From contig CAWDVE010000013.1 in the NCBI GenBank assembly GCA_963805625.1, forward strand, positions 576,001 through 640,000: 64,000 nt of DNA. Reading direction: 5' to 3'. Of this stretch, positions 28,191 to 37,118 are shown one piece after another. Below the pieces are notes generated by a model that made no database searches, had not been told where the DNA came from, and saw only the letters and a list, made by a program, of their open reading frames with translations. Position 1 is the first letter of the stretch, and every line of letters begins with the position of its first letter. The position numbers were made by a program, and so were the translations under genes. This DNA comes from an uncultured Candidatus Rokubacteria bacterium (lineage in GTDB: Bacteria; Methylomirabilota; Methylomirabilia; Rokubacteriales; DASRDR01).

Positions 28191-28477
28191 CCCCCCACCC
28201 GGAGGCCTGGTGACTCCACGCCAAGTCGCCAATCCCTCCACCAGACGGCCCGACAGGAGGCTTTTCCACCGCCAGGACCCAGGGCCACGCGGCTCGCCGA
28301 GCAGTAAGCTCGATGCCCTCAATGCGAAGGCCGTTGCACAGGGAGTGCACTAAACTGCCGTCATCTGCCCGTAGGACCGACAACCGATGCACACCCGGAG
28401 TCCACAGTCCACCGGACCGCCGCAGTCCTCCAGGAACGAACGGCCGCTGGCGTCCCTGAGGCGGTCCTGATCCGCCC

Positions 28478-28519
28478 ATCTTGACAGGCCACCGATGAAT
28501 CTTGACAGGCCACCGATGA
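28478..28519 (+). repeat. Perfect 21-bp tandem duplication containing TTGACA
   Basis: ATCTTGACAGGCCACCGATGA x2, immediately upstream of the outer-membrane barrel gene. Confidence 0.9.
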
Positions 28520-28523
28520 ACCG

Positions 28524-29798
28524 GTGAGGATGCTGCGGATGAGCCACCCTCGCGGTGCCGGCGTCCCGTGGATCTCCTGGTGGGCCGGGTTACGCGGGCC
28601 AGACCAACGGGCGAGACCGACCCGAGCGTGGCGGAGATCCAGGCGCGCCGGGGTCCACGCGCTCAGCGCCGCGCTCGGCCTGGCTCTCCTCGCGGGTCCG
28701 GAAGCGGCGTTGGCCCAGGGGCCATGGACGTTCACCCCGTCCCTCCGCGTCGCGGAACGGTACACCGACAACGTCTTCGGAACGGCGGACGATCGCAAGT
28801 CCGACTTCATCACCGAGATCACACCGGGGATCGCCCTCTCCTACGAGGCGCGCCTCTTGCGGATGTCGGCCAGCTATTCAGCAACCGGGGAGATCTACGC
28901 CGACAACTCTGATCTCGACAACTTCGGCGAGAACCAGAACGGCTCGCTCGGACTCGACTACCGGCCCGAGGAGCGCCTGGGCCTCCGCCTCGCCGGCTAC
29001 TATGTCCGGACGAACGATCCATCGTCGTTCCTGGTGGCGCCGGCCGCCGCGCCGCCTGGTACCGTTGTCGTCCCGACCGTCGAGACGACCCGCCACGAGA
29101 CCGCCGTGTTCACACTCTCGGCTGCGGGCGACTACCGCTTCACTTCGCGGTTCTCCGGCCGGGCCGGCTATGCCTTCTCCTACCTTAAGCAGGAAGGGGA
29201 AGAGGACGGCCGCTCTCATACCGGGGACCTCGGCGGGGACTACCAGCTGACGCGGCAGGATGTGGGGTTCTCCACTCTCTCGGTCTCGGCGCTCGACTCG
29301 ACCGAGTCCGACACGAGCGCCGCACTCCTCCTCGGCTGGCGCCGGCAGTGGTCGGCCAACCTCACGACGAGCGTGGCCGCCGGCCCCCGCATCACCGATG
29401 GCACCTGGAGGGGAGCCGCCGATGCGTCGGCCACCTATCAGGCCGCGCGCGAGTGGTCGTTCACGCTCGCCTACTCGCTCGGGACCGGCCTCGCCGTGGG
29501 GACCACGGGGGCCCAGACCGTCTCGGCGCTCACCGCGTCCACCGCCTACCAGGCGTCCCGGGAGCTTTGGTTCACCGCGAGTGGGGGATGGACCCTGACG
29601 TCGCCCCTCGATGGGGGGCCGGACGAGGAGACGACCAACGCCTACGGCGCGGGTGTCTCGGCGTTATATCGGCTCACGACGTGGCTCACGCTCAGGCTGA
29701 GCTACCGGTTCTCCCTCGAGGATCAGAGCCGGGGGGATTCGATCCTCACCAACGAGGTGACCCTCGGGCTCACGGCGGCGTACCCGATCCGGTTCTGA
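28524..29798 (+). CDS. Outer-membrane beta-barrel of EPS/PEP-CTERM loci (EpsL/TIGR03016-like); the true start may be further downstream
   Basis: Signal peptide ending AALA-Q; 'FTPSLRVAERYTDNVF...DFITEITPGI'; amphipathic strands; terminal Phe. Confidence 0.82.
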   Translation: MRMLRMSHPRGAGVPWISWWAGLRGPDQRARPTRAWRRSRRAGVHALSAALGLALLAGPEAALAQGPWTFTPSLRVAERYTDNVFGTADDRKSDFITEITPGIALSYEARLLRMSASYSATGEIYADNSDLDNFGENQNGSLGLDYRPEERLGLRLAGYYVRTNDPSSFLVAPAAAPPGTVVVPTVETTRHETAVFTLSAAGDYRFTSRFSGRAGYAFSYLKQEGEEDGRSHTGDLGGDYQLTRQDVGFSTLSVSALDSTESDTSAALLLGWRRQWSANLTTSVAAGPRITDGTWRGAADASATYQAAREWSFTLAYSLGTGLAVGTTGAQTVSALTASTAYQASRELWFTASGGWTLTSPLDGGPDEETTNAYGAGVSALYRLTTWLTLRLSYRFSLEDQSRGDSILTNEVTLGLTAAYPIRF

Positions 29799-30020
29799 CT
29801 GGGCCGGATCGCTCTCCCTGAGGTCCCCTCGGCAGAGTCTCTTCGGATGGGAAGACGCTCATCACGTGGCGTCCCCGCCGGGCCGATGGGCAATGCCCTT
29901 CACAATGGGTAACGCGCTACCCAGGAAGAGCAACCGCGAACTGAGGGATGCCTGCCATTGCCCGTTCGGAACACTCCCCGATGCGCAAGTATTTTCAATG
30001 GTTCTCGGGATGACCTCGGC

Positions 30021-30036
30021 TGGCACGGAGGTTGCG
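30021..30036 (+). promoter_or_regulatory. Sigma54 promoter driving the activator and the EPS operon
   Basis: TGGCACGGAGGTTGCG is a near-perfect match to TGGCACG-N4-TTGC. Confidence 0.85.
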
Positions 30037-30076
30037 GAACAGTCTCCTCGCCAATGTGTGGGCTGGAACCGGTCAC

Positions 30077-31546
30077 TTGATCAAGGAACGCGCAGTCCTC
30101 GTCCTAGAGTCCGACCCTGTGAGCCAGCATGGGCTCCAGACGGCACTCCGGAACCTCGGGTACCGGGCGGTGCTCGCGGCCTCCCTCGACGACGCGGTCG
30201 TCGCGCTCGGCCGGGACGACTACGTGTGTTGCCTCCTCGCCGCGCGGTTCGAAGGGCGGGACGGGTTGGATCTCCTCCGCCGGCTTCGGGACGATGGACG
30301 CTCGCCGGCCCCGGTGATCCTCATCGCCGACGAGCAGGACACGCGACGGGTCTCCGAGGCGGCGGCGCTCGGCGCGGAGGACTTCCTCCCGAAGCGCTTC
30401 CACCCGGCCGACCTCGAGAACATCCTCAAGGAGGTCGAGGCCCGCCCGCGGGCGGCGACCCCCCCGGCGACGTCAGCGACGCCAGCGACGCCAGCGACGG
30501 AAGACGGCGACGACCCCGCGGCCCAGATCCGCCGCCAGGTAGCGCTCTGGCAGAGCCCCCGGATGGCCGAGGTCTGGGAGACCATCCAGCAGGCCGCGCG
30601 GGTCGACGTCACCGTCCTCATCGAGGGCGAGACCGGGACCGGCAAGGACGTAGTCGCACGGGCGATCCACCAGCTCTCGTCCCGCCGGGCGCAGCCCTTC
30701 GTGAATGTGAACTGCGCGGCCATGCCCCGGGAGCTCCTCGAGTCCGAGCTCTTCGGCCACGAGCGAGGGGCCTTCACGGGCGCCCACCAGACGCAGCCGG
30801 GGAAGTTCGAGCTCGCGAACCGCGGCACGATCTTCCTCGACGAGATCGGGGACCTCCACCCGGCGCTCCAGGCCAAGCTGCTGCACGTCCTCCAGGACGG
30901 CACCTTTTCCCGCGTCGGGGGCCGGGCGCCGATCGAGGTGGACGTGCGGATCCTGGCCGCAACGAACCGGGACCTCGAGCGCGAGGTCGAGGCGATGCGG
31001 TTCCGGGAGGACCTCTTCTACCGCCTGAACGTCATCCAGATCATCGTGCCGCCCCTCCGCGAGCGGATGGAGGAGCTGCCGCTCCTGGCCGCGCACTTCG
31101 CGCGGCGCTACGCGAAGCTCTTCCGCCGCGAGGGCTTCGTGCTCGCGCCGGCCGCGATGGAGCGCCTTAGCCACCACCGCTTCCCGGGGAACGTCCGGGA
31201 GCTCGAGAACCTCGTGAAGCGGATGATCGTCCTCGACGACCCCGGGCTCGACCGCACGCCGTTCCTGCGCACGGGCCGGGCCAACGGGGACGACCCCCGG
31301 GCGGGGACCGGGCCGGGCGGCGCGAACGGCGAGCCCCAGCCGACACCCCGGGCCAGCGTGGTGCCGCTCAAGGAGGTCGCCCGGGCGGCGGCGCGGGCCG
31401 CCGAGCGCGAGGCGATCGCCCGCATCCTCGAGGAGACCGGCTGGAACCGCGTCCGGGCCGCCAAGATCCTCAAGATCAGCTACCGGGCACTGCTCTACAA
31501 GATCAAGGACGTGGGGCTCGGCCAGCTGCCCGAATCGAGCCAGTGA
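30077..31546 (+). CDS. Sigma54-dependent activator with a degenerate (pseudo-)receiver domain
   Basis: REC-like N-terminus, [35 protein letters not shown] and HTH. The ORF-track TTG at 30032 lies inside the promoter, so the start is probably GTG 30056 or TTG 30077. Confidence 0.9.
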   Translation: MIKERAVLVLESDPVSQHGLQTALRNLGYRAVLAASLDDAVVALGRDDYVCCLLAARFEGRDGLDLLRRLRDDGRSPAPVILIADEQDTRRVSEAAALGAEDFLPKRFHPADLENILKEVEARPRAATPPATSATPATPATEDGDDPAAQIRRQVALWQSPRMAEVWETIQQAARVDVTVLIEGETGTGKDVVARAIHQLSSRRAQPFVNVNCAAMPRELLESELFGHERGAFTGAHQTQPGKFELANRGTIFLDEIGDLHPALQAKLLHVLQDGTFSRVGGRAPIEVDVRILAATNRDLEREVEAMRFREDLFYRLNVIQIIVPPLRERMEELPLLAAHFARRYAKLFRREGFVLAPAAMERLSHHRFPGNVRELENLVKRMIVLDDPGLDRTPFLRTGRANGDDPRAGTGPGGANGEPQPTPRASVVPLKEVARAAARAAEREAIARILEETGWNRVRAAKILKISYRALLYKIKDVGLGQLPESSQ

Positions 31547-31554
31547 GGGAGCCA

Positions 31555-32217
31555 ATGAACGGACGATTGGTGATGGCGCTTCAACGAGTCCTCGTCCTCG
31601 CCCTTCTCGTGGCGTGGGCGCTCGGAATCACTCCCGCACTCGCCCAGACGCCGGCCCCCGCCGGCGCGGCCGCCGCCCCGAGCGCCGCCCCCACCGGCGC
31701 GCCAGATGACTCGCCAAACAGCGCGGTCGACCCGAACGAGTACCGCATCGGGCCGGAGGATGTCCTCCAGATCTCCGTTTGGAAAAACGACCCGATGAGC
31801 TCGAGACAGCCGGTCCGGCCCGACGGGAAGATCACCCTCCCCCTCCTGAACGACGTTGCGGTGGCCGGTCTCACGCCCATGGAGTTGCGCGAGCTCCTCG
31901 TCCAGAAGATCGCCGAGTACATCCCCTCCCCCGAGGTATCGGTCATTGTCCTCGAGCCCCGGAGCTTCAAGGTCTCGGTGATGGGCGAGGTCCCGAAGCC
32001 GGGGCGCTACGAGCTCCGCAGCCGGGTGACGGTTCTCGACATGATCGCGCTCGCCGGCGGGCTGGGCCAGTTCGCCTCGCGCACGAAGATCGTCGTCCTC
32101 CGGCCGGACGGCAAGACCACGACCCGCCTGCCTTTCAACTACAACAAAGCTGTCTCGGGTAGCGGCGAGCAGGAGAATTTTTACCTGCGCAGCGGCGACG
32201 TCATCGTCGTGCCGTGA
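31555..32217 (+). CDS. wza: Polysaccharide export protein (Wza/EpsE-like; Poly_export plus SLBB)
   Basis: 'YRIGPEDVLQISVW...VRPDGKITLPLL..V.VAGLT', 'VSVMGEV.KPG.Y', 'LRSGDVIVVP'. Confidence 0.9.
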   Translation: MNGRLVMALQRVLVLALLVAWALGITPALAQTPAPAGAAAAPSAAPTGAPDDSPNSAVDPNEYRIGPEDVLQISVWKNDPMSSRQPVRPDGKITLPLLNDVAVAGLTPMELRELLVQKIAEYIPSPEVSVIVLEPRSFKVSVMGEVPKPGRYELRSRVTVLDMIALAGGLGQFASRTKIVVLRPDGKTTTRLPFNYNKAVSGSGEQENFYLRSGDVIVVP

Positions 32218-32244
32218 CGGGCGGCGGATTGGTGAGGGCAGGCC

Positions 32245-33897
32245 GTGGCTGACGAAGCGCCTCGGAAGGGCCAGGCGGTCGAGCGGGCCCGGGCGATCTG
32301 GCATCGCCGGTGGTGGCTTGCCCTCTCGGCCTTCGTGCTCCCGATGGCCGCGGCGGTGACGGCGATCCTGTCGATGCCGAGCGTCTTCGAGTCGAGGGCG
32401 CTCGTCCTGGTCGACCGCCAGCAGGTGCCCGAGGAGTTCGTCCGATCCACGGTCACGAGCGTGCTGGAGGTGCGGCTCCGCACGATCAGCGAGGAGATCC
32501 TGAGCCGGTCGCGTCTCGACGCTCTCATCACCCGGTTCGGCCTCTACCCGAAGCTCCGGGACCAGGCGGACCGGGAGCTCATCATTGAGCAGATGCGAAA
32601 CGACATCCGGCTCCAGCTGTTCGACAGCGAGCCGCAGAAGCGCAGCGGGGCCACCATCGCCTTCAGCATCAGCTATCGGGGGAGCGACCCGCAGACCGTC
32701 GCCCAAGTCGCCAATGCGCTCGCCTCCTCCTACATCGAGGAGAACCTGAAGGCGCGCGAGCGCCAGGCGACCGGGACCGCCGAGTTCCTCCGGGTCCAGC
32801 TCGAGGACACGAAGCGGCGCCTCGGCGAGCAGGAGGCGCGGGTCAGCACGTTCAAGGGGCAACACCTCGGGGAGCTGCCGGAGCAGCTCCAGACGAACCT
32901 CAGCGTGCTCGGCCAGCTCAACGAGCAGCTCCGGCACAACACCCTCAACCAGATCCGCCTCGCCGAGAAGAAGGAGCTGCTCGAGCTCCAGCTCCACAGC
33001 GTGAGCCCGGAGACGGCCGGGGTGCTGGGGTCGTCCGGGGATTCGGTCATAGTGGTCGACCCGCGGCAGGTGCGGCTCGCCAAGCTCCGGCAGGAGCTGG
33101 CCGATCTCCTGACGCGCTTCACCGAGCGATACCCCGACGTCCAGCACGCGAAGGCCCAGATCGCGGCCCTCGAGCGCGAAATCGCCGCGGCGCCCGCGCT
33201 CGCACCGGACCGGCCCCCCAACCGCCCGGGCATGGGGCCGGGCCCGGCCGGGCCAGCTGGGACGAACCCCTTCGTGACCAAGATCCAGCAGGCGCTCCGC
33301 GAGACGGACGCCGAGGTGAAGGTTCTGAAGGACGACGAGCGCCGCCTGCGCGCCGCCATCACCACCCACGAACAGCGGGTCGCCAACGCCCCGAGGCGGG
33401 AGCAAGAGCTCCAGGAGCTTTCGCGCGACTACGTCACCACGAAGGAGCTGCACAAGACCTTGACCAGCCGGTACGAGGAGGCCCAGCTCGCCGAGAACAT
33501 GGAGCAGCGCCAGAAGGGCGAGCAGTTCCGGGTCCTGGACCCCGCCGTGGCCTCCCCCAAGCCGGCGGCTCCCCAGCGTTTGAGGCTGCTCGGGACGGCG
33601 CTCGCCCTCTCGCTCGGCCTGGCCCTCGGCCTGGTCTTCCTCGCCGAGCAGCTCGATACCTCGTTCCACGCCATCGACGAGCTCCGCGCCTTCACGCCGG
33701 CGCCGGTGCTCGCGAGCATCCCGCGCCTGGTCAGCGAGGGCGACCGCCGGCGGCGGCGGCGCCGGATCCAGGTGGCCGCGGTAGGCGTCGTCCTGGGCGC
33801 AATCGTGCTGGCCGCGACGGCGCACCTCGTCGCGCGGGACAACGACCAGCTCGTCTGGCTGGTCACCCGCGGCGGCACCGCGAGGGGGAGGCTCTGA
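32245..33897 (+). CDS. Polysaccharide chain-length determinant (Wzz/GumC, Wzc transmembrane part)
   Basis: N- and C-terminal TM helices around a coiled coil; 'FTERYPDV', 'GEQFRVLDPA..P.P'. Confidence 0.9.
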   Translation: MADEAPRKGQAVERARAIWHRRWWLALSAFVLPMAAAVTAILSMPSVFESRALVLVDRQQVPEEFVRSTVTSVLEVRLRTISEEILSRSRLDALITRFGLYPKLRDQADRELIIEQMRNDIRLQLFDSEPQKRSGATIAFSISYRGSDPQTVAQVANALASSYIEENLKARERQATGTAEFLRVQLEDTKRRLGEQEARVSTFKGQHLGELPEQLQTNLSVLGQLNEQLRHNTLNQIRLAEKKELLELQLHSVSPETAGVLGSSGDSVIVVDPRQVRLAKLRQELADLLTRFTERYPDVQHAKAQIAALEREIAAAPALAPDRPPNRPGMGPGPAGPAGTNPFVTKIQQALRETDAEVKVLKDDERRLRAAITTHEQRVANAPRREQELQELSRDYVTTKELHKTLTSRYEEAQLAENMEQRQKGEQFRVLDPAVASPKPAAPQRLRLLGTALALSLGLALGLVFLAEQLDTSFHAIDELRAFTPAPVLASIPRLVSEGDRRRRRRRIQVAAVGVVLGAIVLAATAHLVARDNDQLVWLVTRGGTARGRL

Positions 33898-33902
33898 GCG
33901 CC

Positions 33903-34910
33903 GTGTACCGCGCCTTCTACGGCCTCGCGGAGATGCCGTTCAACATGACGCCTGACCCGCGCTTCCTCTACCTCACCGCGGGACACCGCGAGGCGCTCGC
34001 CCAGCTCACCTACGCCGTCCGGGAAGGCAAGGGGTTCATGGCGCTGACCGGCGACGTGGGCACCGGCAAGACGACCCTTCTCCGGGCTCTCCTCGAGCAG
34101 CTCGACGAGAACACGGCGGCGGCGGTCGTCGTGAACTCGACTCTCCCCTTCGACGGGATCCTCGAGTACGTGCTGGAGGACTTCGGCGTGTCGAAGACGG
34201 GCGCGACGCGGGCCCAGCGCCTGGTCGCCCTCAACAGCTTCCTGATCGAGCGCCACCGTGCTGGCCAGAAGTCGGTCATCGTCATCGACGAGGCCCAGCA
34301 CCTCGTCCCGGCGACGCTCGAGCAGATCCGCCTCCTCTCGAACTTCCAGACCACCCGCGAGATGCTCCTCCAGATCCTCCTCGCGGGCCAGCCCGAGTTG
34401 AGAGCGCGCCTGGACCTGCCGGAGCTCCGCCAGCTCAAGCAGCGGATCGCGCTCCGGTGCGCGATCCGCCCCCTCACCCCGGACGAGGTGCGCGCGTACG
34501 TCCGCTTCCGCCTGCGCGTCGCGGGCGGCCGGGACCTCGACCTTTTCACGGACCAGGCCGTCGCCCGGATCGCCCAGTACTCGGACGGGATCCCGCGGGT
34601 CGTCAATGCCCTCGCCGACCATGCCCTCCTGATCGGCTATGCCGAGCAGCGGCGGCGCCTCAACCGCGACACGGTGGACGAGGCAATCGGGTACCTCGAG
34701 GACGGAGCGCCGCCCCCGCACCGGCGTACGCGGAGCGGAGCATCGCGTCGACGGAGGGCCTCCCGGTGGGCTGTCGCCGGCGCGACGGCGGTCCTCGGCG
34801 TAGGGGCGGCCGCCGTGGCGGTGGCCGCCCTCGGCTGGAAGCACCTCGCGGTCCCGCTCGCGGCCCAGTTCGAAGACCTCGTCCAGGCCGCGCGCGGGCT
34901 CTTCTGGTGA
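33903..34910 (+). CDS. ExeA-like AAA ATPase (PEP-CTERM/EPS locus-associated)
   Basis: 'MYRAFYGL.E.PF..TPDPRFLY', GDVGTGKT, 'VIDEAQHL', 'LAGQPEL', 'GIPRVVN'. Confidence 0.9.
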   Translation: MYRAFYGLAEMPFNMTPDPRFLYLTAGHREALAQLTYAVREGKGFMALTGDVGTGKTTLLRALLEQLDENTAAAVVVNSTLPFDGILEYVLEDFGVSKTGATRAQRLVALNSFLIERHRAGQKSVIVIDEAQHLVPATLEQIRLLSNFQTTREMLLQILLAGQPELRARLDLPELRQLKQRIALRCAIRPLTPDEVRAYVRFRLRVAGGRDLDLFTDQAVARIAQYSDGIPRVVNALADHALLIGYAEQRRRLNRDTVDEAIGYLEDGAPPPHRRTRSGASRRRRASRWAVAGATAVLGVGAAAVAVAALGWKHLAVPLAAQFEDLVQAARGLFW

Positions 34911-34917
34911 GGCTGGT

Positions 34918-35934
34918 ATGAGCAAGTTCTTCAAGGCCCTCGAGCAGGCCGAGCGCGACCGTGCGCTCAACCAGCAGTCGGCCCCAACGGCCGCTGCGCC
35001 CGTCCCCCGCGTCCCCGCCGCGCCCCTACCCGAGCCGCCCGCCGCGGAGCCGGGTCGTCGGCTCACCATGCCCTCCCCGGCTTCGGCGCCAGCAAGCCCC
35101 CCCAAAGAGTCCGCCCCGGGCCTGACCGCCGTCAGTGTGCCGCCCGGCATCGACCCCCACCTGGTGAGCCTCCTGGAGCCGGGGGCCCTGGAGGCGGAGC
35201 CCTACCGAGCGCTCCGCCATCTGGTCGAGCAGCGCCGGCAGCTCACGGGCCTCTCGGTCCTCGTGGTGGCGAGCCCTGGCACCGGCGACGGGAAGACCAC
35301 GACGGCGATCAACCTTGCGGGAGCCCTCGCCCAGGACCCGAAGGCGCGCGTCCTCCTGATAGAGGCGGACCTCCGCAGCCCCGCGCTGGCGGCCCGCCTG
35401 GGGCTCCACGGTGCGGGGAGCCGCGGTCTCGTCGAGGCCATCCTCGACCCCCGGGTCGCGCTCGACGCCGTCGTCGAGCCGTGCCCTCCCTTCAACCTGG
35501 ACATCATCCCGGCCGGTCATCGCCGAGGGGTCCCCTACGAGCTTCTCGCGTCCCCGCGGTTCACCGAGCTGATCGAGGCGGCCCGCGCCCGCTACGACTA
35601 CGTGCTGATCGACGCTCCGCCCCTGGTTCCCTTCCCGGACGGCCGAGTCTTCGCCAGCAGCGTGGACGGCTACCTCCTGGTCGTGTCCGCCAGCCACACG
35701 CCGCGAAAGCTCGTCGCGGACGCCCTAAGCCTCCTCGACCCGGCCAAGCTCATCGGCCTGGTCTTCAACGGGGAGGAGCGGTCGACCGGCCGGGACTACT
35801 ACCCCGAGCGCCGCCCGGCGACGCCGACCTCGGGTGGGAACGGGGACTCCGGCCGGGGCTGGCTCGCCGCCGTGTTGCCGCAGCGGCGGCGGAGGAGACG
35901 CGCCGCCAGGGCGGGCCGAGGGCCCTGGTCGTGA
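34918..35934 (+). CDS. CpsD/CapB family BY-kinase (Wzc cytoplasmic part)
   Basis: 'MSKFFKALEQA', Walker A 'SPGTGDGKTT', 'LLIEADLRSP', 'YDYVLIDAPP'. Confidence 0.9.
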   Translation: MSKFFKALEQAERDRALNQQSAPTAAAPVPRVPAAPLPEPPAAEPGRRLTMPSPASAPASPPKESAPGLTAVSVPPGIDPHLVSLLEPGALEAEPYRALRHLVEQRRQLTGLSVLVVASPGTGDGKTTTAINLAGALAQDPKARVLLIEADLRSPALAARLGLHGAGSRGLVEAILDPRVALDAVVEPCPPFNLDIIPAGHRRGVPYELLASPRFTELIEAARARYDYVLIDAPPLVPFPDGRVFASSVDGYLLVVSASHTPRKLVADALSLLDPAKLIGLVFNGEERSTGRDYYPERRPATPTSGGNGDSGRGWLAAVLPQRRRRRRAARAGRGPWS

Positions 35935-37118
35935 GCGTGGACAGCGTCCCGTTCGTCGACCTGGTCGCCCCCCACCGGGAGCTGCGCGAGGAGCTGCAGG
36001 CCATCTTCGAGGAGGTCCTCGACACGGCTCACTTCACGGGGGGCCCGCTGATCGAGGCCTTCGAGCAGGACTTCGCCGACTTCTCGGGATCGCGGTTCTG
36101 CGTCGCGGTTGGAAACGGCACGGACGCCCTCCGCTTCGCGCTGATCGCCGCGGGCGTGCAGCCCGGGGACACCGTGGTGACCGTGCCGCTGACCTTCATC
36201 GCCACCACGGAGGCCATCTCACAGGCCGGCGGACGGTTCGACCTGGTCGACATAGACGAGCCCACGTACACCATGGACCCGGCGAAGCTGCGGACGTATT
36301 TCGAGCGACAGTGCCGGCGCGACCGGCGGACGGGCCGGCTCGTGAGCCGGCGCACCGGTAGCCCGGTGACCGCGATCGTCCCCGTCCATCTGTACGGGCA
36401 GATGGCCGACATGGACCCGATCATCGAGCTGGCAGCGGAGCACGAGGTCGTGGTTGTCGAGGACGCCTGCCAGGCCCACGGCGCCGAGTACTTCTCGAAG
36501 CGGGAGGGTGTGTGGCGCAAGGCCGGCTCGATCGGCCGCGCCGCCGCGTTTAGCTTCTATCCCGCCAAGAACCTCGGCGCCTGCGGCGAGGCGGGCGCCA
36601 TCACCACCGGTGACGCCGAGGTTGCCCGGATCTGTCGGATGCTCCGCGACCACGGCCAGTCGGCGAAGTACGCCCATGACTTCGAGGGCTACAACGGCCG
36701 GCTCGACGCGATTCAGGCGGGCATCCTCCAGTTGAAGCTCCGCCATCTCGCGCGCTGGAACGAGCTGCGGCGCGAGTGCGCGCGCCGCTATGCCGAGCTG
36801 CTGGGCGATGCCGCCGGGATCCTCGCCCTGCCGTTCGAGCCGACGTGGTCGCGTCCGGTCTACCACCTCTACGTGATACGGGTCCCGGACCGCGACCGCG
36901 TTCAGCAGCATCTGGCCGCTGCGGGCATCGGGACCGGCATCCACTACCCGACCCCGCTGCACCTCCTGAAGGCGTACGAGCGCCTCGGCTTCCGGCGTGG
37001 CGATTTTCCGGTCGCCGAGCGCGCGGCCGCGGAGATCCTGTCCCTGCCGATGTTCCCCGAGCTGATGCCCGAGCAGCAGAACAGGGTAGTGAGCCAGATC
37101 CGCTCGGGAGCACGATGA
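35931..37118 (+). CDS. DegT/DnrJ/EryC1/StrS sugar aminotransferase 1
   Basis: 'VPFVDL', 'NGTDAL', 'VHLYGQ', 'EDACQAHGA', 'FSFYPAKNLGACGEAG'. Confidence 0.94.
   Translation: MSVDSVPFVDLVAPHRELREELQAIFEEVLDTAHFTGGPLIEAFEQDFADFSGSRFCVAVGNGTDALRFALIAAGVQPGDTVVTVPLTFIATTEAISQAGGRFDLVDIDEPTYTMDPAKLRTYFERQCRRDRRTGRLVSRRTGSPVTAIVPVHLYGQMADMDPIIELAAEHEVVVVEDACQAHGAEYFSKREGVWRKAGSIGRAAAFSFYPAKNLGACGEAGAITTGDAEVARICRMLRDHGQSAKYAHDFEGYNGRLDAIQAGILQLKLRHLARWNELRRECARRYAELLGDAAGILALPFEPTWSRPVYHLYVIRVPDRDRVQQHLAAAGIGTGIHYPTPLHLLKAYERLGFRRGDFPVAERAAAEILSLPMFPELMPEQQNRVVSQIRSGAR

Noticed and set aside
24820-28519. Short direct repeats as a possible CRISPR array
   Set aside because: The repeats are contiguous without unique spacers, and no cas genes are present.
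29883-29969. c-di-GMP-I (GEMM) riboswitch
   Set aside because: No GNRA tetraloop/receptor or GCAAA consensus, and it lies upstream of the sigma54 promoter; kept only as an unassigned structured element.
30464-30499. 9-bp repeats encoding PAT-SAT-PAT-PAT
   Set aside because: Ordinary in-frame low-complexity linker between the REC-like and AAA+ domains.
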